Assembly: GCA_963851265.1 (NCBI GenBank)
Contig: CAWKNZ010000012.1
Coordinates: forward strand, 41,855-105,854
DNA length: 64,000 bases
Direction: 5' to 3'
Source: an uncultured Gemmatimonadales bacterium
GTDB lineage: Bacteria; Gemmatimonadota; Gemmatimonadetes; Gemmatimonadales; Gemmatimonadaceae
In this document: positions 33,000-42,565 of the stretch, one piece after another
Layout: each line of letters starts with the position of its first letter
How positions within the stretch are numbered: the first letter of the stretch is position 1
The notes under the pieces: generated by a model
Told to the model about the DNA's origin: nothing
What the model saw: only the letters and a program-made list of their open reading frames with translations
Databases searched by the model: none
Made by a program: the position numbers and the translations under genes

Positions 33000-34088
33000 C
33001 TAATCGTTCTGCGCGACCGGCCGCGAACGCCGCCGCCCTTGCCGTTCCTGCTCCTCCGTCGGCACCGTGGGGCGGGCCACCGTCGGCGGCGCGCCGGCCG
33101 GTGGCGCGCCCGTCAGCGGCGCGCCCGTCAGCGGGTCAGCCGTCGCACGGTCGGCGGTCCGCCGGTCGATCGTCAGTCGGTCGGCCGCGGCCATGGCGGA
33201 CGGCCTCGACGTCGCGGGCGGCGCGAGCCGCTTCCCCGACATCGGCCGGTGGGTCGCGGTCTCGGCACGCGACATGGGACGCGAGGCGACCCGTGACGTG
33301 ACGCGCAGCGTGGCGCTTGGCGAGACGCGCGGCGCCATGTGCGCCGGCGTCGGTGCGGGCGTCGGTGCCGGCGTGCGCGGGGCGCCATCGCCGTCCGAAT
33401 GGTGCGCGACGCCGACCGCGACGGGTGCCACGGTCGGCACCAGGCGCGGCTCGCCGGGTCGCGCTCCCACATGCCGTCCGTCCGCAGCCCGCGCCGTGAC
33501 GCCGGCCCTGGCTCTCCGTGCCGTGTTCGCCACGCCGAGCCCGGCGAGAACGGCCGCCCCCGCGACGAGGGCGGTGACGGTGCGCGTCGGGCGCCGGCGG
33601 CGCGCGCGCGCACGGGCGACGGGCAGGGCGGGTCGGTCGCGCGCCGCGAGGTCGCCGATACGGCGGAGCGTGACGCCCTCGACCAGCACCTGCGCGGTGA
33701 TCGGGTAGAGGCGCACGTTCCCGATCGGCAGGAGCGTGCGCGCCGCGGCGCGCGTGGCGGCCGCGGCGCCGCGAACCCGTCCGGCGGGCGTGGCAGGGGG
33801 CGCGACCTCGAGGTACCGAACGCACCGCGCGTCCAGGTCGACGATGAGGTCGACGACGGTACCGACCGCCTTCCCGTCCGGCGTTCGCACGTCCCACCCG
33901 CGCACGTCGGACTGCCCGTCCACGACCCGCCACGCGCGCGCACGGCTCAGCCGTTCCAGCGTCGGGTGCTCCGACGACGTGCGCCCGAGCAACGACGCCG
34001 GCAACGGCAGACGTCGTGACGGCAGATCTTCGACCGAGGGTCGGGAACTCGCGGGCGCGACCTCTACCGACTCCGACGTCTCAGGCAT
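33000..34088 (-). CDS. PRC-barrel domain protein with a membrane anchor and low-complexity tail
   Basis: DVRGWDVRTPDGKAVGTVVDLIVDLDARCVRYLEV...LLPIGNVRL, then hydrophobic ALVAGAAVLAGLGVA. Confidence 0.7.
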   Translation of the reverse strand: MPETSESVEVAPASSRPSVEDLPSRRLPLPASLLGRTSSEHPTLERLSRARAWRVVDGQSDVRGWDVRTPDGKAVGTVVDLIVDLDARCVRYLEVAPPATPAGRVRGAAAATRAAARTLLPIGNVRLYPITAQVLVEGVTLRRIGDLAARDRPALPVARARARRRRPTRTVTALVAGAAVLAGLGVANTARRARAGVTARAADGRHVGARPGEPRLVPTVAPVAVGVAHHSDGDGAPRTPAPTPAPTPAHMAPRVSPSATLRVTSRVASRPMSRAETATHRPMSGKRLAPPATSRPSAMAAADRLTIDRRTADRATADPLTGAPLTGAPPAGAPPTVARPTVPTEEQERQGRRRSRPVAQND

Positions 34089-34317
34089 GGGACGCTGGGT
34101 GACGGGTGCGTCGTCGCACCGCGATCTGCGACGAGATGGGGTGAATGTAGCGTCATCGTTGCGCCCCCGTGTGGTGCCGAGCCCAGGTGCTGTGCGCTGC
34201 GACACCACGGCATGCGCGCCGCCGCTCTCGCTCGCCCCGCGCCGATGACTTGCCCCGCCCCGGTACCTCGGACATCATCGGCAGGTCGTCCACGACTTTC
34301 CTCCGCCCCGCCCCGTC

Positions 34318-35829
34318 ATGCGCGGCTGTTCCCCCGCCCTCTCGCGCCGCACGTTCCTGCAAACGTCGGCGCTCGCCGCCGCCGGCGCGGTCCTTCCCGC
34401 GCGCGCGTGGGGCTCCGTGCTCGGCGCCAACGGCGACGTCCGCGTGGCCGTCATCGGGCTCAACGGCCGCGGCCAGAACCATCTCGCGACCCTCTCGCGC
34501 ATCCCCGGTGTGCGCGTGGTGGCGCTCTGCGACGTCGACACCGCCGTCCTCGACCGCACGAACGCCGCGCTGGGCGGGCGCCCCCTGAAAACGTACGTCG
34601 ACGTCCGCGAACTGCTCGCCGACCCCGACGTCGACGCGGTGACGATCGCCACGCCCAACCACTGGCACTCGCTCGGCGCGATCTGGGCGATGCAGGCGGG
34701 GAAGGACGTGTACGTCGAGAAGCCCGTGTCGCACGACGTCTGGGAGGGGCGCCAGCTCGTCGCGGCCGCGGCGCGGTACCGGCGCGTCGTCCAGGCGGGG
34801 ATGCAGATCCGCTCGGGCGAGGGGCTGCGCGAGGCGGTCGACTGGGTGCGCGCCGGCAACCTCGGCCGGATCACGGCGGCCCGCGGCTTCTGCTACAAGC
34901 GCCGCGACAGCATCGGGCGCTGCGGCGGCCCGCAGCCCGTGCCGGCGACCATCGACTACGACCTGTGGAGCGGGCCCGCGCCGCTCGTCCCGCCGCACCG
35001 CAACACGCGCAACGGGACGGTGCACTACGACTGGCACTGGGTCTACCTGTACGGCAACGGCGACGTCGGCAACCAGGGCATCCACCAGATGGACGTGGCC
35101 CGCTGGTTCCTCGGTGAGCCCGGCCTGCCGCGCCACACGCTGAGCGTCGGCGGGCGCCTGGGCTACGTCGACGACGGCGAGACGCCCAACACCCAGGTGG
35201 TCGTGCACGACTACGCGACCGCGCCGCTGGTGTTCGAGGTGCGCGGCCTTCCGTCGCGCGCGGGCCTCGCGAAAGCCGTCACCGACCCGCGCCTCGTCCA
35301 GGGTGGCGGGGGCGGCGACATGGACGCGTACCGCGACGTCAGCATCGGCAACGTGATCGACTGCGAGGGCGGCAGCGTCATCGTCCCGACCTACACCACC
35401 GCGCGGGCGGTCGACCGCACCGGACGCGTGGTGAAGGAGTTCGCCGGCACCGACCGCCACATGCAGAACTTCATCGACGTGGTGCGCAGCCGGCGGACCG
35501 CCGACCTCTACGGCCCCGTCGGCGAGGGCCACGTGTCGAGCGCGCTCTGCCACCTCGGCAACATCTCGCACCGGCTCGGCCGCGCCACGCCCGACGGCGC
35601 ACTGCGCGAGGCGGTGCGCGGCGACGCCGCGCTCGCCGAGGCGCACGGGCGCATGGTCGAGCACCTCCGCGCCAACCGCGTCGACCTCGGCGCGACGCCG
35701 CTCACGTTAGGCGTCCCGCTCGCCGTCGAGTCGGGCGCCGAGCACTTCACGGGGGCGAACGCGGCGGCCGCGAACGCGATGCTCAGGCGCGAGTACCGGG
35801 CCCCGTTCGCGGTGCCGGCGTTGGCCTAA
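34318..35829 (+). CDS. Tat-exported Gfo/Idh/MocA family oxidoreductase
   Basis: SRRTFL Tat motif, GLNGRG, ATPNHWH, YVEKP, GMQIRS and NQGIHQMD. Confidence 0.93.
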   Translation: MRGCSPALSRRTFLQTSALAAAGAVLPARAWGSVLGANGDVRVAVIGLNGRGQNHLATLSRIPGVRVVALCDVDTAVLDRTNAALGGRPLKTYVDVRELLADPDVDAVTIATPNHWHSLGAIWAMQAGKDVYVEKPVSHDVWEGRQLVAAAARYRRVVQAGMQIRSGEGLREAVDWVRAGNLGRITAARGFCYKRRDSIGRCGGPQPVPATIDYDLWSGPAPLVPPHRNTRNGTVHYDWHWVYLYGNGDVGNQGIHQMDVARWFLGEPGLPRHTLSVGGRLGYVDDGETPNTQVVVHDYATAPLVFEVRGLPSRAGLAKAVTDPRLVQGGGGGDMDAYRDVSIGNVIDCEGGSVIVPTYTTARAVDRTGRVVKEFAGTDRHMQNFIDVVRSRRTADLYGPVGEGHVSSALCHLGNISHRLGRATPDGALREAVRGDAALAEAHGRMVEHLRANRVDLGATPLTLGVPLAVESGAEHFTGANAAAANAMLRREYRAPFAVPALA

Positions 35830-35842
35830 CGGTCTGTCCCGC

Positions 35843-36925
35843 TCACCGCGCGAATTCCCGAAACTCCTCCTCCACCCGCGCCGCGGTCGTCGCGCCGCTG
35901 AACACCACGACGCGGTGCCGGAACGTGGTCGACGTCCCCGCCGCGAGCGTGAAGTCGTCGACGACCCTGCCCCCGGTGAAGTCCTTCGCGCCGAGCGGGT
36001 TGGCCGCGAAGAGCCCGTACCCGCGGGCGTGCCAGTACGTCGGGAAGTTGTAGTTCCGCGGGTGGTCGATGATCGCGATCGTCACCGGCTCGCCGCCGAC
36101 CGTGCCGCCGAGGGTCGTCCACCGCGCCCGCGTGCCCCACACGGCGTCGCCCTCGCGGCCCTCCGCGCTCCGGTAGCGTCCCGTCACCCCCGCGTTGTCG
36201 AGCACGGGCACCGCGGTGGCCCGCCCGCCGGCGTCGGTGAACACCTCGGCGCGGTCGGACGGCTGCTCCAGCTCGCGCCGCACACGCAGCCCGAGCGTGC
36301 CGTCCTTGTTGTCGCGGAACGTGACCGGCGCGCCGAGCGCGGTGAGTGTGGTGACGCGGTCGACGCCGCGCAGGCGGTCGGCGGCGCGGAAGACGTAGCG
36401 GGTCGTCTCGTGCAGGAGCGGCGTGCCGTCGGGGCGCACCCAGTCGCTCCGCACCACGAGCACGCCCTCCCCCGCCCCGCTCCGCACCGTGTCGATGCCG
36501 CGGAACACGATCCGTCCCATCTGGCTCGCCTTCGACGCGGGAATCGCGTCCGAGTTGTTCCAGAAGTCGAGGCCGTTGACGTCGGCGTGGTTGAACCACA
36601 GGCCGATGTGGTGCGGGTGGTCGACGCGCTCCCCCGGCCGCGGGTCGAGCGGCCAGCCGCGCGTGATCACCGTGCCCGATGCGGCGCGGAGCGGGTAGAG
36701 CACCTGCTTGGGGAGCTCCGCCGGAAACAGGTACGACGTGAACGGGCGGCCGTCCACGAGCACGTCCACGCGGTGGTCGGACCGCCGGTCGACGAGTTCA
36801 ACCCGCGGCGGCCCGTCGTGCGGGCGCGGGGGCGCCGACTGCGCCGCGGCGCCCCCGCCGGGCGTGGCTGACGAAACGGCGAGCGCGGCGAGCGCCGCGC
36901 CGAAGTGCACGGGAGGCCGGCGCAC
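35843..36925 (-). CDS. PmoA-like (DUF6807) secreted protein of unknown function
   Basis: Signal peptide, DHPHHIGLWF, DFWNN and DHPRNYNFPTYWHARGYGLFAANP. Confidence 0.82.
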   Translation of the reverse strand: MRRPPVHFGAALAALAVSSATPGGGAAAQSAPPRPHDGPPRVELVDRRSDHRVDVLVDGRPFTSYLFPAELPKQVLYPLRAASGTVITRGWPLDPRPGERVDHPHHIGLWFNHADVNGLDFWNNSDAIPASKASQMGRIVFRGIDTVRSGAGEGVLVVRSDWVRPDGTPLLHETTRYVFRAADRLRGVDRVTTLTALGAPVTFRDNKDGTLGLRVRRELEQPSDRAEVFTDAGGRATAVPVLDNAGVTGRYRSAEGREGDAVWGTRARWTTLGGTVGGEPVTIAIIDHPRNYNFPTYWHARGYGLFAANPLGAKDFTGGRVVDDFTLAAGTSTTFRHRVVVFSGATTAARVEEEFREFAR

Positions 36926-36929
36926 CGCG

Positions 36930-37802
36930 CTACCGCCCGGCCACCCCGAACTCGCGGATCTTGATGCCCCGGAAGTACACCTCGTCGCCGTGGTCCTGCA
37001 GCACGATCGGCCCCTTGCGACGCTCGGCGAACCACGGGATCCCGCGGAACTTGCTCGCGGCCAGCGCCGAATCCATGCGCGGCGTGCCGAGGTCGTACTG
37101 GACCACCTTCTCGCCGTTGAGCCAGTGCTCGCCGTGATTTCCGCGGAACACGATTCGCGACTCGTTCCACTCGCCCACGGGCCGCACGCGCTTGCGGTCG
37201 TTCGACGCGATCAGGTCGTAGAGGTCGCCCGTCTTGTGCCGCACCAGCTTCCCGTCCGGATGCCGGTCGTCGTCGATCATCTGATACTCGAAGCCCTTCG
37301 CCGCGTGCGCGGGCGGAATCGTCGTCGACAGCGCTTCCGACACGTTGTACTTCACGCCGCTGTTCGCGCCCGGCGTGACCTTCCACTGCCACGCCAGCTC
37401 GAAGTCCGCGAACGTCGCCTCCGTCATCAGGTCGCCGCCTTCGAGCGGCTGACCGTCGGCCTGCGTGGGGACGCGGCCGCTCGCGACCTTCCGGATCGCG
37501 CCGTCGGCGACGGTCCAGTGACCGGGCGGCACGCGGTCGTAGCCGAGTCCGCGCCAGCCCCGCAGCGTGTTGCCGTCGAACAGCAGCCGCCAGCCTGCCG
37601 CGCGCTCGGCCGCGGTCAGCTGGTTGGGGTCGACCGCCGCGGCCGGCGCCCCCACCACGGGCGCGCTCGCCGCGACCGCGCGGGTCTGGCTCGGGGCCGT
37701 GAGCGGCCCGCCGCCGGCGATCGCGCGCGGCCCGGTGCCGGCGAGGAGCAGTGCACCCGCAGTGGCGGCGGCGCTCGCGCACCGCGTCGTACGATCGGTC
37801 AT
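36930..37802 (-). CDS. DUF1080 3-keto-glycoside hydrolase/hydratase family protein
   Basis: GWRLLFDGNTLRGW, NSGVKY, FEYQMIDD, GEWNE and LQDHGDEVYFRGIKIRE. Confidence 0.9.
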   Translation of the reverse strand: MTDRTTRCASAAATAGALLLAGTGPRAIAGGGPLTAPSQTRAVAASAPVVGAPAAAVDPNQLTAAERAAGWRLLFDGNTLRGWRGLGYDRVPPGHWTVADGAIRKVASGRVPTQADGQPLEGGDLMTEATFADFELAWQWKVTPGANSGVKYNVSEALSTTIPPAHAAKGFEYQMIDDDRHPDGKLVRHKTGDLYDLIASNDRKRVRPVGEWNESRIVFRGNHGEHWLNGEKVVQYDLGTPRMDSALAASKFRGIPWFAERRKGPIVLQDHGDEVYFRGIKIREFGVAGR

Positions 37803-37906
37803 GGTCCGGTTCGGTCGCGACGAGGTCGCCCCGTCGTGGTGGAATGCGCCGCGCGGGCGGCGCGCGCGAGACGTGGTGTGCTGCGTCGGTGCGCTACGTC
37901 GGTTCG

Positions 37907-38356
37907 CTACTTCATCGGCGAGAAGTCCGTCGGGTCGAGGAACACCGACTCGACCTTCTCGACGATCTTCCCGCCCGCCTCCGACTCGGTGCGGACCTTC
38001 TGCCATTCGGGGTCGGCGTTGAACGCGGCCCAACTCGCGCGCCCCGCCTCCCGGCTCGGGTAGGCGAGCAGGTAGACGAGGGTGTTGCCGGCGCGCGTCG
38101 AGTCTTCGGGCGTCCAGTAGCCGACGTTGGTCATCCCGTGCCGCGCGAAGAGCGCCATCGTGTGCTCGCGGAAGCGCCGCTGCAGCGCGGGCAGCTTGCC
38201 CGCCGGCGTGGTGTAGGTGCGCATCTCGAACACGCGCGACGCCTGCTCCCCGCGCGTCCCGGCGTCGGGCGTGAGGCGGCTCCGGCCGACGACCGTGCCG
38301 GCGGTGAACGTGGCGAGCAGCAGCACGGGCAGCGCGGTCAGGCGCATGGCAATCAT
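37907..38356 (-). CDS. NIPSNAP family protein with signal peptide
   Basis: FEMRTYTTPAGKL...RFREHT...GYWTP...F.ADPEW...PTDFSPMK. Confidence 0.92.
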   Translation of the reverse strand: MIAMRLTALPVLLLATFTAGTVVGRSRLTPDAGTRGEQASRVFEMRTYTTPAGKLPALQRRFREHTMALFARHGMTNVGYWTPEDSTRAGNTLVYLLAYPSREAGRASWAAFNADPEWQKVRTESEAGGKIVEKVESVFLDPTDFSPMK

Positions 38357-38485
38357 CCGGGGGCGGGAGGGCGTGGGACCGCGCGGCGCGCGACGGCGGG
38401 CGCGGGGCACCGCAAGGTACTCGCACGCGCGAATCCGGTGACCCGCGTAGAATCCATCGGCCGCCCCGTCCCCGTCCGCGCCCCC

Positions 38486-40099
38486 ATGCTCCACACCCGC
38501 CGCGAAGCGCTCGCGCAGCTCGCCGCCCTCGTCACGTTCCCGGTCGCGATGCCGGGCGTGCGGCCGGTCGGTGTGTGGCGCGCGCCCGGCCGCGACCCGC
38601 TCGACGGCACGATCGCCGACTACCAGGCCGGCCGCCGCGCCGGCGCGTGGACCGCGGCGGAGGTCACCGCGCGCGCGCTCGACCGCTGCCGCGCGGCGGG
38701 GGCGGCCTGGCACGCCATCGACGCCCTCGCGAGCACCGCGCCCGCGGAGGCCCGCGCGGCCGACGCACGTCTGCGCGCCGGCCGCGTGCGCGGGCCGCTC
38801 GACGGCGTGCCGGTGTTCGCCAAGGCCATCTACGACGTGGTCGGCCTGCCCACCACCGGGTCCAACGCCGAGTGGGCGCGCCTCTTCCCCGACCCCGTCG
38901 GGCGCGACGCGATCGAGGTCGCCCGGCTGCGCGCGGCCGGCGCCGTCGTCCTCGGCAAGACCGCGGCGGACGACTTCGCCTACCACGGCAACGGCACGAG
39001 CAGCCTCACGGGCCAGGTGCGCAACCCGCACGACCCCACCGGCGCCCGCACGCCCGGCGGGTCGAGCGCCGGCTCGGCCGTCGCGGTCGCCGCCGGACTG
39101 GCCTTCGCGGCGTTAGGCACCGACGACGGCGGATCCAACCGCATCCCCGCGCAGTTCACGGGCGTCGTGGGGATGAAGCCGACGTTCGGCCTCGTGCCGC
39201 GCACGGGCGTGATCCCCACCTGGCCCTACCTCGACACGCACGGCCCGCTCGCGCGCACCGTGGCCGACGCCGCGCTCCTCCTCGCCGCGGTCGCCGGCGC
39301 CGACGCGTCGGACCCGCTCTCGGCGGGCGCGCTCGCCGACGGCGCGACCGCCGGGTTCCGCGACGACGCGCTCGCCGGCGTGCGGCTCGGGATCGTCGAG
39401 GCGCACGTGCCGCGCGCGCAGATGACCGCCGGGGCGCTCGAGGCGTGGGACCGCGCGTTAGGCGACCTGCGCGCCGCCGGGGCGGCGGTCGCGCCCTTCG
39501 CCCCCGCGGTCACGCGCGTGGACTACCGCGACGCGTTTGCCGCCGCGGCGCGCGCCCGCGGCGACGTCGCCGTCGACGCGAACGCGCCCGCGCCCACGGC
39601 CAACGCCCTGCTGCGCTACTTCGCCGGACGCACGGCCGACCCGGACCTCGCCGACCCGCGCGCGGCCGTGCGCCGCGGATACCCCGCGTACCGCGCCTTC
39701 TACGACGTGCTTCCCGCCACGTTCGAGGCCTGCGAGCCGCTGCTCGACCGCCCGATGGCCGGGGACCCCGCGGGGCACGCCTTCGCCCGCTCGCGCGCCG
39801 AGGTGGTCGCGGCGCTCGCGGCGTCGATGCGCGCGGCCGGCGTCGCGGCGATGGTCTACCCGACGATGCCCTTCAACGCGCCCCGCGCCGTCGACCACTG
39901 GCCGGACGTCCGCACCGCGCTCGGCTACGGCAACTGGCTCGGCCTGCCCGAGGTGTCGGTGCCGGCCGGACTCGGGGCCGACGGCATGCCCGCGCTCAAC
40001 GTCTCGGTCGTCGGGCTCCCGGGCGACGACGCCCGCGTGCTCGCGCTGGCCCACGCGTACGAGCGGCAGTCCCGGCGGTTCGTCGCGCCGCCGCGGTGA
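38486..40099 (+). CDS. Amidase-signature enzyme with probable Tat signal
   Basis: TRREAL, GPLDGVPVFAK, PGGSSAGS and GTDDGGSNRIPA. Confidence 0.92.
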   Translation: MLHTRREALAQLAALVTFPVAMPGVRPVGVWRAPGRDPLDGTIADYQAGRRAGAWTAAEVTARALDRCRAAGAAWHAIDALASTAPAEARAADARLRAGRVRGPLDGVPVFAKAIYDVVGLPTTGSNAEWARLFPDPVGRDAIEVARLRAAGAVVLGKTAADDFAYHGNGTSSLTGQVRNPHDPTGARTPGGSSAGSAVAVAAGLAFAALGTDDGGSNRIPAQFTGVVGMKPTFGLVPRTGVIPTWPYLDTHGPLARTVADAALLLAAVAGADASDPLSAGALADGATAGFRDDALAGVRLGIVEAHVPRAQMTAGALEAWDRALGDLRAAGAAVAPFAPAVTRVDYRDAFAAAARARGDVAVDANAPAPTANALLRYFAGRTADPDLADPRAAVRRGYPAYRAFYDVLPATFEACEPLLDRPMAGDPAGHAFARSRAEVVAALAASMRAAGVAAMVYPTMPFNAPRAVDHWPDVRTALGYGNWLGLPEVSVPAGLGADGMPALNVSVVGLPGDDARVLALAHAYERQSRRFVAPPR

Positions 40100-40145
40100 C
40101 CGGCCGACGCGATCCCGTCCACCCCCACTCCACAGGAGGCCAGGA

Positions 40146-40610
40146 ATGCCCGATGGAAGCCCCGGCGGCGCGGCCGACGACCCGTACGACCTCGACCGCT
40201 TCGTGCGCGCCCAGGAGGGCGACTACGACCGTGCGCTCGCCGAGATCACGGCCGGCCGCAAGCGCTCGCACTGGATGTGGTACGTGTTCCCGCAGTTCCG
40301 CGGCCTCGGGCGGAGCGGAACGGCCGAGCGCTACGCCATCCGCAGCGTGGCGGAGGCGGAGGCGTACCTACGTCACCCCGTGCTCGGCCCGCGGCTGGTC
40401 GCGTGCGCCGAGGCCGCACTCGGCGTCGCGGGTCGGTCCGCGTACGACGTGTTCGGGTCGCCCGACGACCTGAAGCTGCGCTCGTCGATGACGCTGTTCG
40501 CGCACGTGTCGCCGGCGGGCTCTGTGTTCGAGCGGGTGCTCGACCGTTACTACGCGGGGCAGCCCGACGCGGCGACACTCGGCCTCGTCGGCGCGCGGGT
40601 CGCGTCGTGA
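40146..40610 (+). CDS. DUF1810 family protein
   Basis: DLDRFVRAQ, GRKRSHWMWYVFPQ, YLRHPVLGPRL and DDLKLRSSMTLF. AGGAGG RBS. Confidence 0.92.
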   Translation: MPDGSPGGAADDPYDLDRFVRAQEGDYDRALAEITAGRKRSHWMWYVFPQFRGLGRSGTAERYAIRSVAEAEAYLRHPVLGPRLVACAEAALGVAGRSAYDVFGSPDDLKLRSSMTLFAHVSPAGSVFERVLDRYYAGQPDAATLGLVGARVAS

Positions 40611-40622
40611 CCGGCCCGCGGG

Positions 40623-42110
40623 TCACCGCGGACGTGCACCGCCGCGTGAACGCGCCTGGCGCATGAGCGCCTCGATCTCGCCGACCTCGCGCGGGGCGGT
40701 GCTGAGCCGCTCCAGCCCCGCCTGTGTGATCGCGTAATCGTCCTCGATGCGGACGCCCGTGCCCGAGTAGCGGTCGACGACCGGACGCACGCGGGCGATC
40801 CACGCCCGGTTCCGGGGCGTGTCGGGGAGCGCGTCGAGAAACGCGCGGCTCACGTACAGACCGGGTTCGATGGTGAACGCGTCGCCGACGCGGAACGTGC
40901 GGTCGCCGGTGTAGTACTGGGCGGGGTCGTGGACCGCGAGGCCCAGCCCGTGGCTGATGCCGTGGATCATCCAGAGCTGCGACTGCCGGCACTGCTGCGG
41001 CGTGCGCGCGCAGTCGGCGGCCCACGGCGGGTCCATGGTCGCGTTGACGCTGTCGATGAGCCCGAGTCGCGCGAGACCGGCCGCGCGCACGGCGACCGAG
41101 GAGTCCTGCGCCGCCACGGCCGACCGCCCGGGGCGCGAGTTGCGCTCCGCGGCGGCCTGCGCGTCGCGCACGAGCTGGTAGATGGTGCGCTGTGCGGCGG
41201 TGAAGGCGCCGCTCACCGGGATGGTGCGCGTGACGTCGGCGGCGTACCCCTCGTACTCGGTCGCCGCGTCCATCACGACCAGCTCCCCGGGGCGGAGCGG
41301 GCCGCGGTCGCGCATGTAGTGCAGCTGCGTGCCGCGCTCGCCGCTACCGACGATCGACCCGTACGCGGGGCGCGCGCCGCCGAGCCGCAGGAAGGTGGAC
41401 TCGAGCGCGGCCTGCAGATCGTACTCGTACTTCGCGTCCGTCAGGCGCAGCACGGCGCGGTGCCCCGCGCTCGACACCTCGGCGGCGCGGCGCAGCAACG
41501 CCAGCTCGGCCGGACTCTTGTGCGCCCGCAGCGCGTCGACCACGGGGTGCGCGTCGCGCACGACGAGCCCCGGGTGTCGGGCGACGAGCCCTGCGACGAA
41601 CGCGCGCCCGCGCGTGAGCGAGTCCTGCTGGGCGAAGTCGGCGTCGCCGTAATCGGCCAGCTGGTAGACGGGACCGCCGGCCGCGACGAGCGAGTCGACC
41701 ACGGCGGCGAGAGCGGCGAAGGGGCGCGACGTGAGGCCGAGGGTGCGGGCGACCGCCGCCGAGTCGGGGCGGCGGCCGTAGTACATCGCGCGGCGCGGCT
41801 CGATGGGCGTGACGAACAGAGTGGCCGCCGGGCGCCCGCCGCGCACGACGACCACGAGCGCGGCGTCGGGCTCCGGATAATCGGTGAGATAGCGGAACGC
41901 GGGGAGCTGGTAGAACGGGCCGAAGTCGGTGACCGGCGTGCGGCCGCCGAACGCGATCACGACGCCGCTGTCGAGGTGCGCGGCGACCGAGTCGCGGCGG
42001 GCGGCGAACTCGCTCGCGGGGATCTGGGCGCGCAGGGCGGTCGCACGCGCGGCAAGCGCGAGCAGGGCGAGGGCGACGCGCCACCCGCGGCGGCGTACGT
42101 GGGTCTTCAT
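40623..42110 (-). CDS. Xaa-Pro aminopeptidase (M24B) with signal peptide
   Basis: LHY, MDAATEYEGYAADVTRT, HGISHGLGLAVHD, TIEPGLY and GVRIEDD. An alternative TTG start at 42125 overlaps the upstream stop. Confidence 0.92.
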   Translation of the reverse strand: MKTHVRRRGWRVALALLALAARATALRAQIPASEFAARRDSVAAHLDSGVVIAFGGRTPVTDFGPFYQLPAFRYLTDYPEPDAALVVVVRGGRPAATLFVTPIEPRRAMYYGRRPDSAAVARTLGLTSRPFAALAAVVDSLVAAGGPVYQLADYGDADFAQQDSLTRGRAFVAGLVARHPGLVVRDAHPVVDALRAHKSPAELALLRRAAEVSSAGHRAVLRLTDAKYEYDLQAALESTFLRLGGARPAYGSIVGSGERGTQLHYMRDRGPLRPGELVVMDAATEYEGYAADVTRTIPVSGAFTAAQRTIYQLVRDAQAAAERNSRPGRSAVAAQDSSVAVRAAGLARLGLIDSVNATMDPPWAADCARTPQQCRQSQLWMIHGISHGLGLAVHDPAQYYTGDRTFRVGDAFTIEPGLYVSRAFLDALPDTPRNRAWIARVRPVVDRYSGTGVRIEDDYAITQAGLERLSTAPREVGEIEALMRQARSRGGARPR

Positions 42111-42121
42111 CGGCACGCGGC

Positions 42122-42541
42122 TCAAGGTAGCCGCATGGCGGCCACCTCCGCGTCCGTCGGCGGCCGGACCTTGAGCACCGTCTCCTTGCGGATCTCCACC
42201 GTCCCCGGCTTCGCGCCGCGCGGTTTGGTGACGTGTCGTCCCTCGGTCATCGACACCGCCACGGCGCCGCCCGCGCGCGCCTTGCTGTGGTACGCCGCGA
42301 GTCCGGCCGCGCGCTCGAGCGTGGCGCGGTCCGGCTCGCGGTCCCCCGGCACGCGCAGCACGACGTGCCCGCCCGGCATGCCGCGGACGTGGAACCAGCG
42401 GTCGCGCGGGCGCGCGAGCTTGACGCTGACGAAATCGTTCGCCGCGTCGGTCTTGCCGGCGAACGCCTGCCAGCCTTCGGGGAGCGCGTACTCCAGCACG
42501 CCGGGCGGGACGCGGAGTGCGGGTCGCTCGGATTCGCTCAT
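42122..42541 (-). CDS. Stand-alone NFACT RNA-binding (NFACT-R, DUF814) domain protein
   Basis: GKTDAANDFVS...DRWFHVRGMPGGHVVL...AAGLAAYHSKAR...VTKPRGAKPGTV. Confidence 0.88.
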   Translation of the reverse strand: MSESERPALRVPPGVLEYALPEGWQAFAGKTDAANDFVSVKLARPRDRWFHVRGMPGGHVVLRVPGDREPDRATLERAAGLAAYHSKARAGGAVAVSMTEGRHVTKPRGAKPGTVEIRKETVLKVRPPTDAEVAAMRLP

Positions 42542-42565
42542 GCGCGTGTTAGGCTGTCTGCCGGG

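Noticed and set aside
35843..36925. Methane monooxygenase subunit PmoA
   Set aside because: It is a soluble secreted protein of the misleadingly named PmoA-like family, with no TM helices and no pmoB/pmoC.
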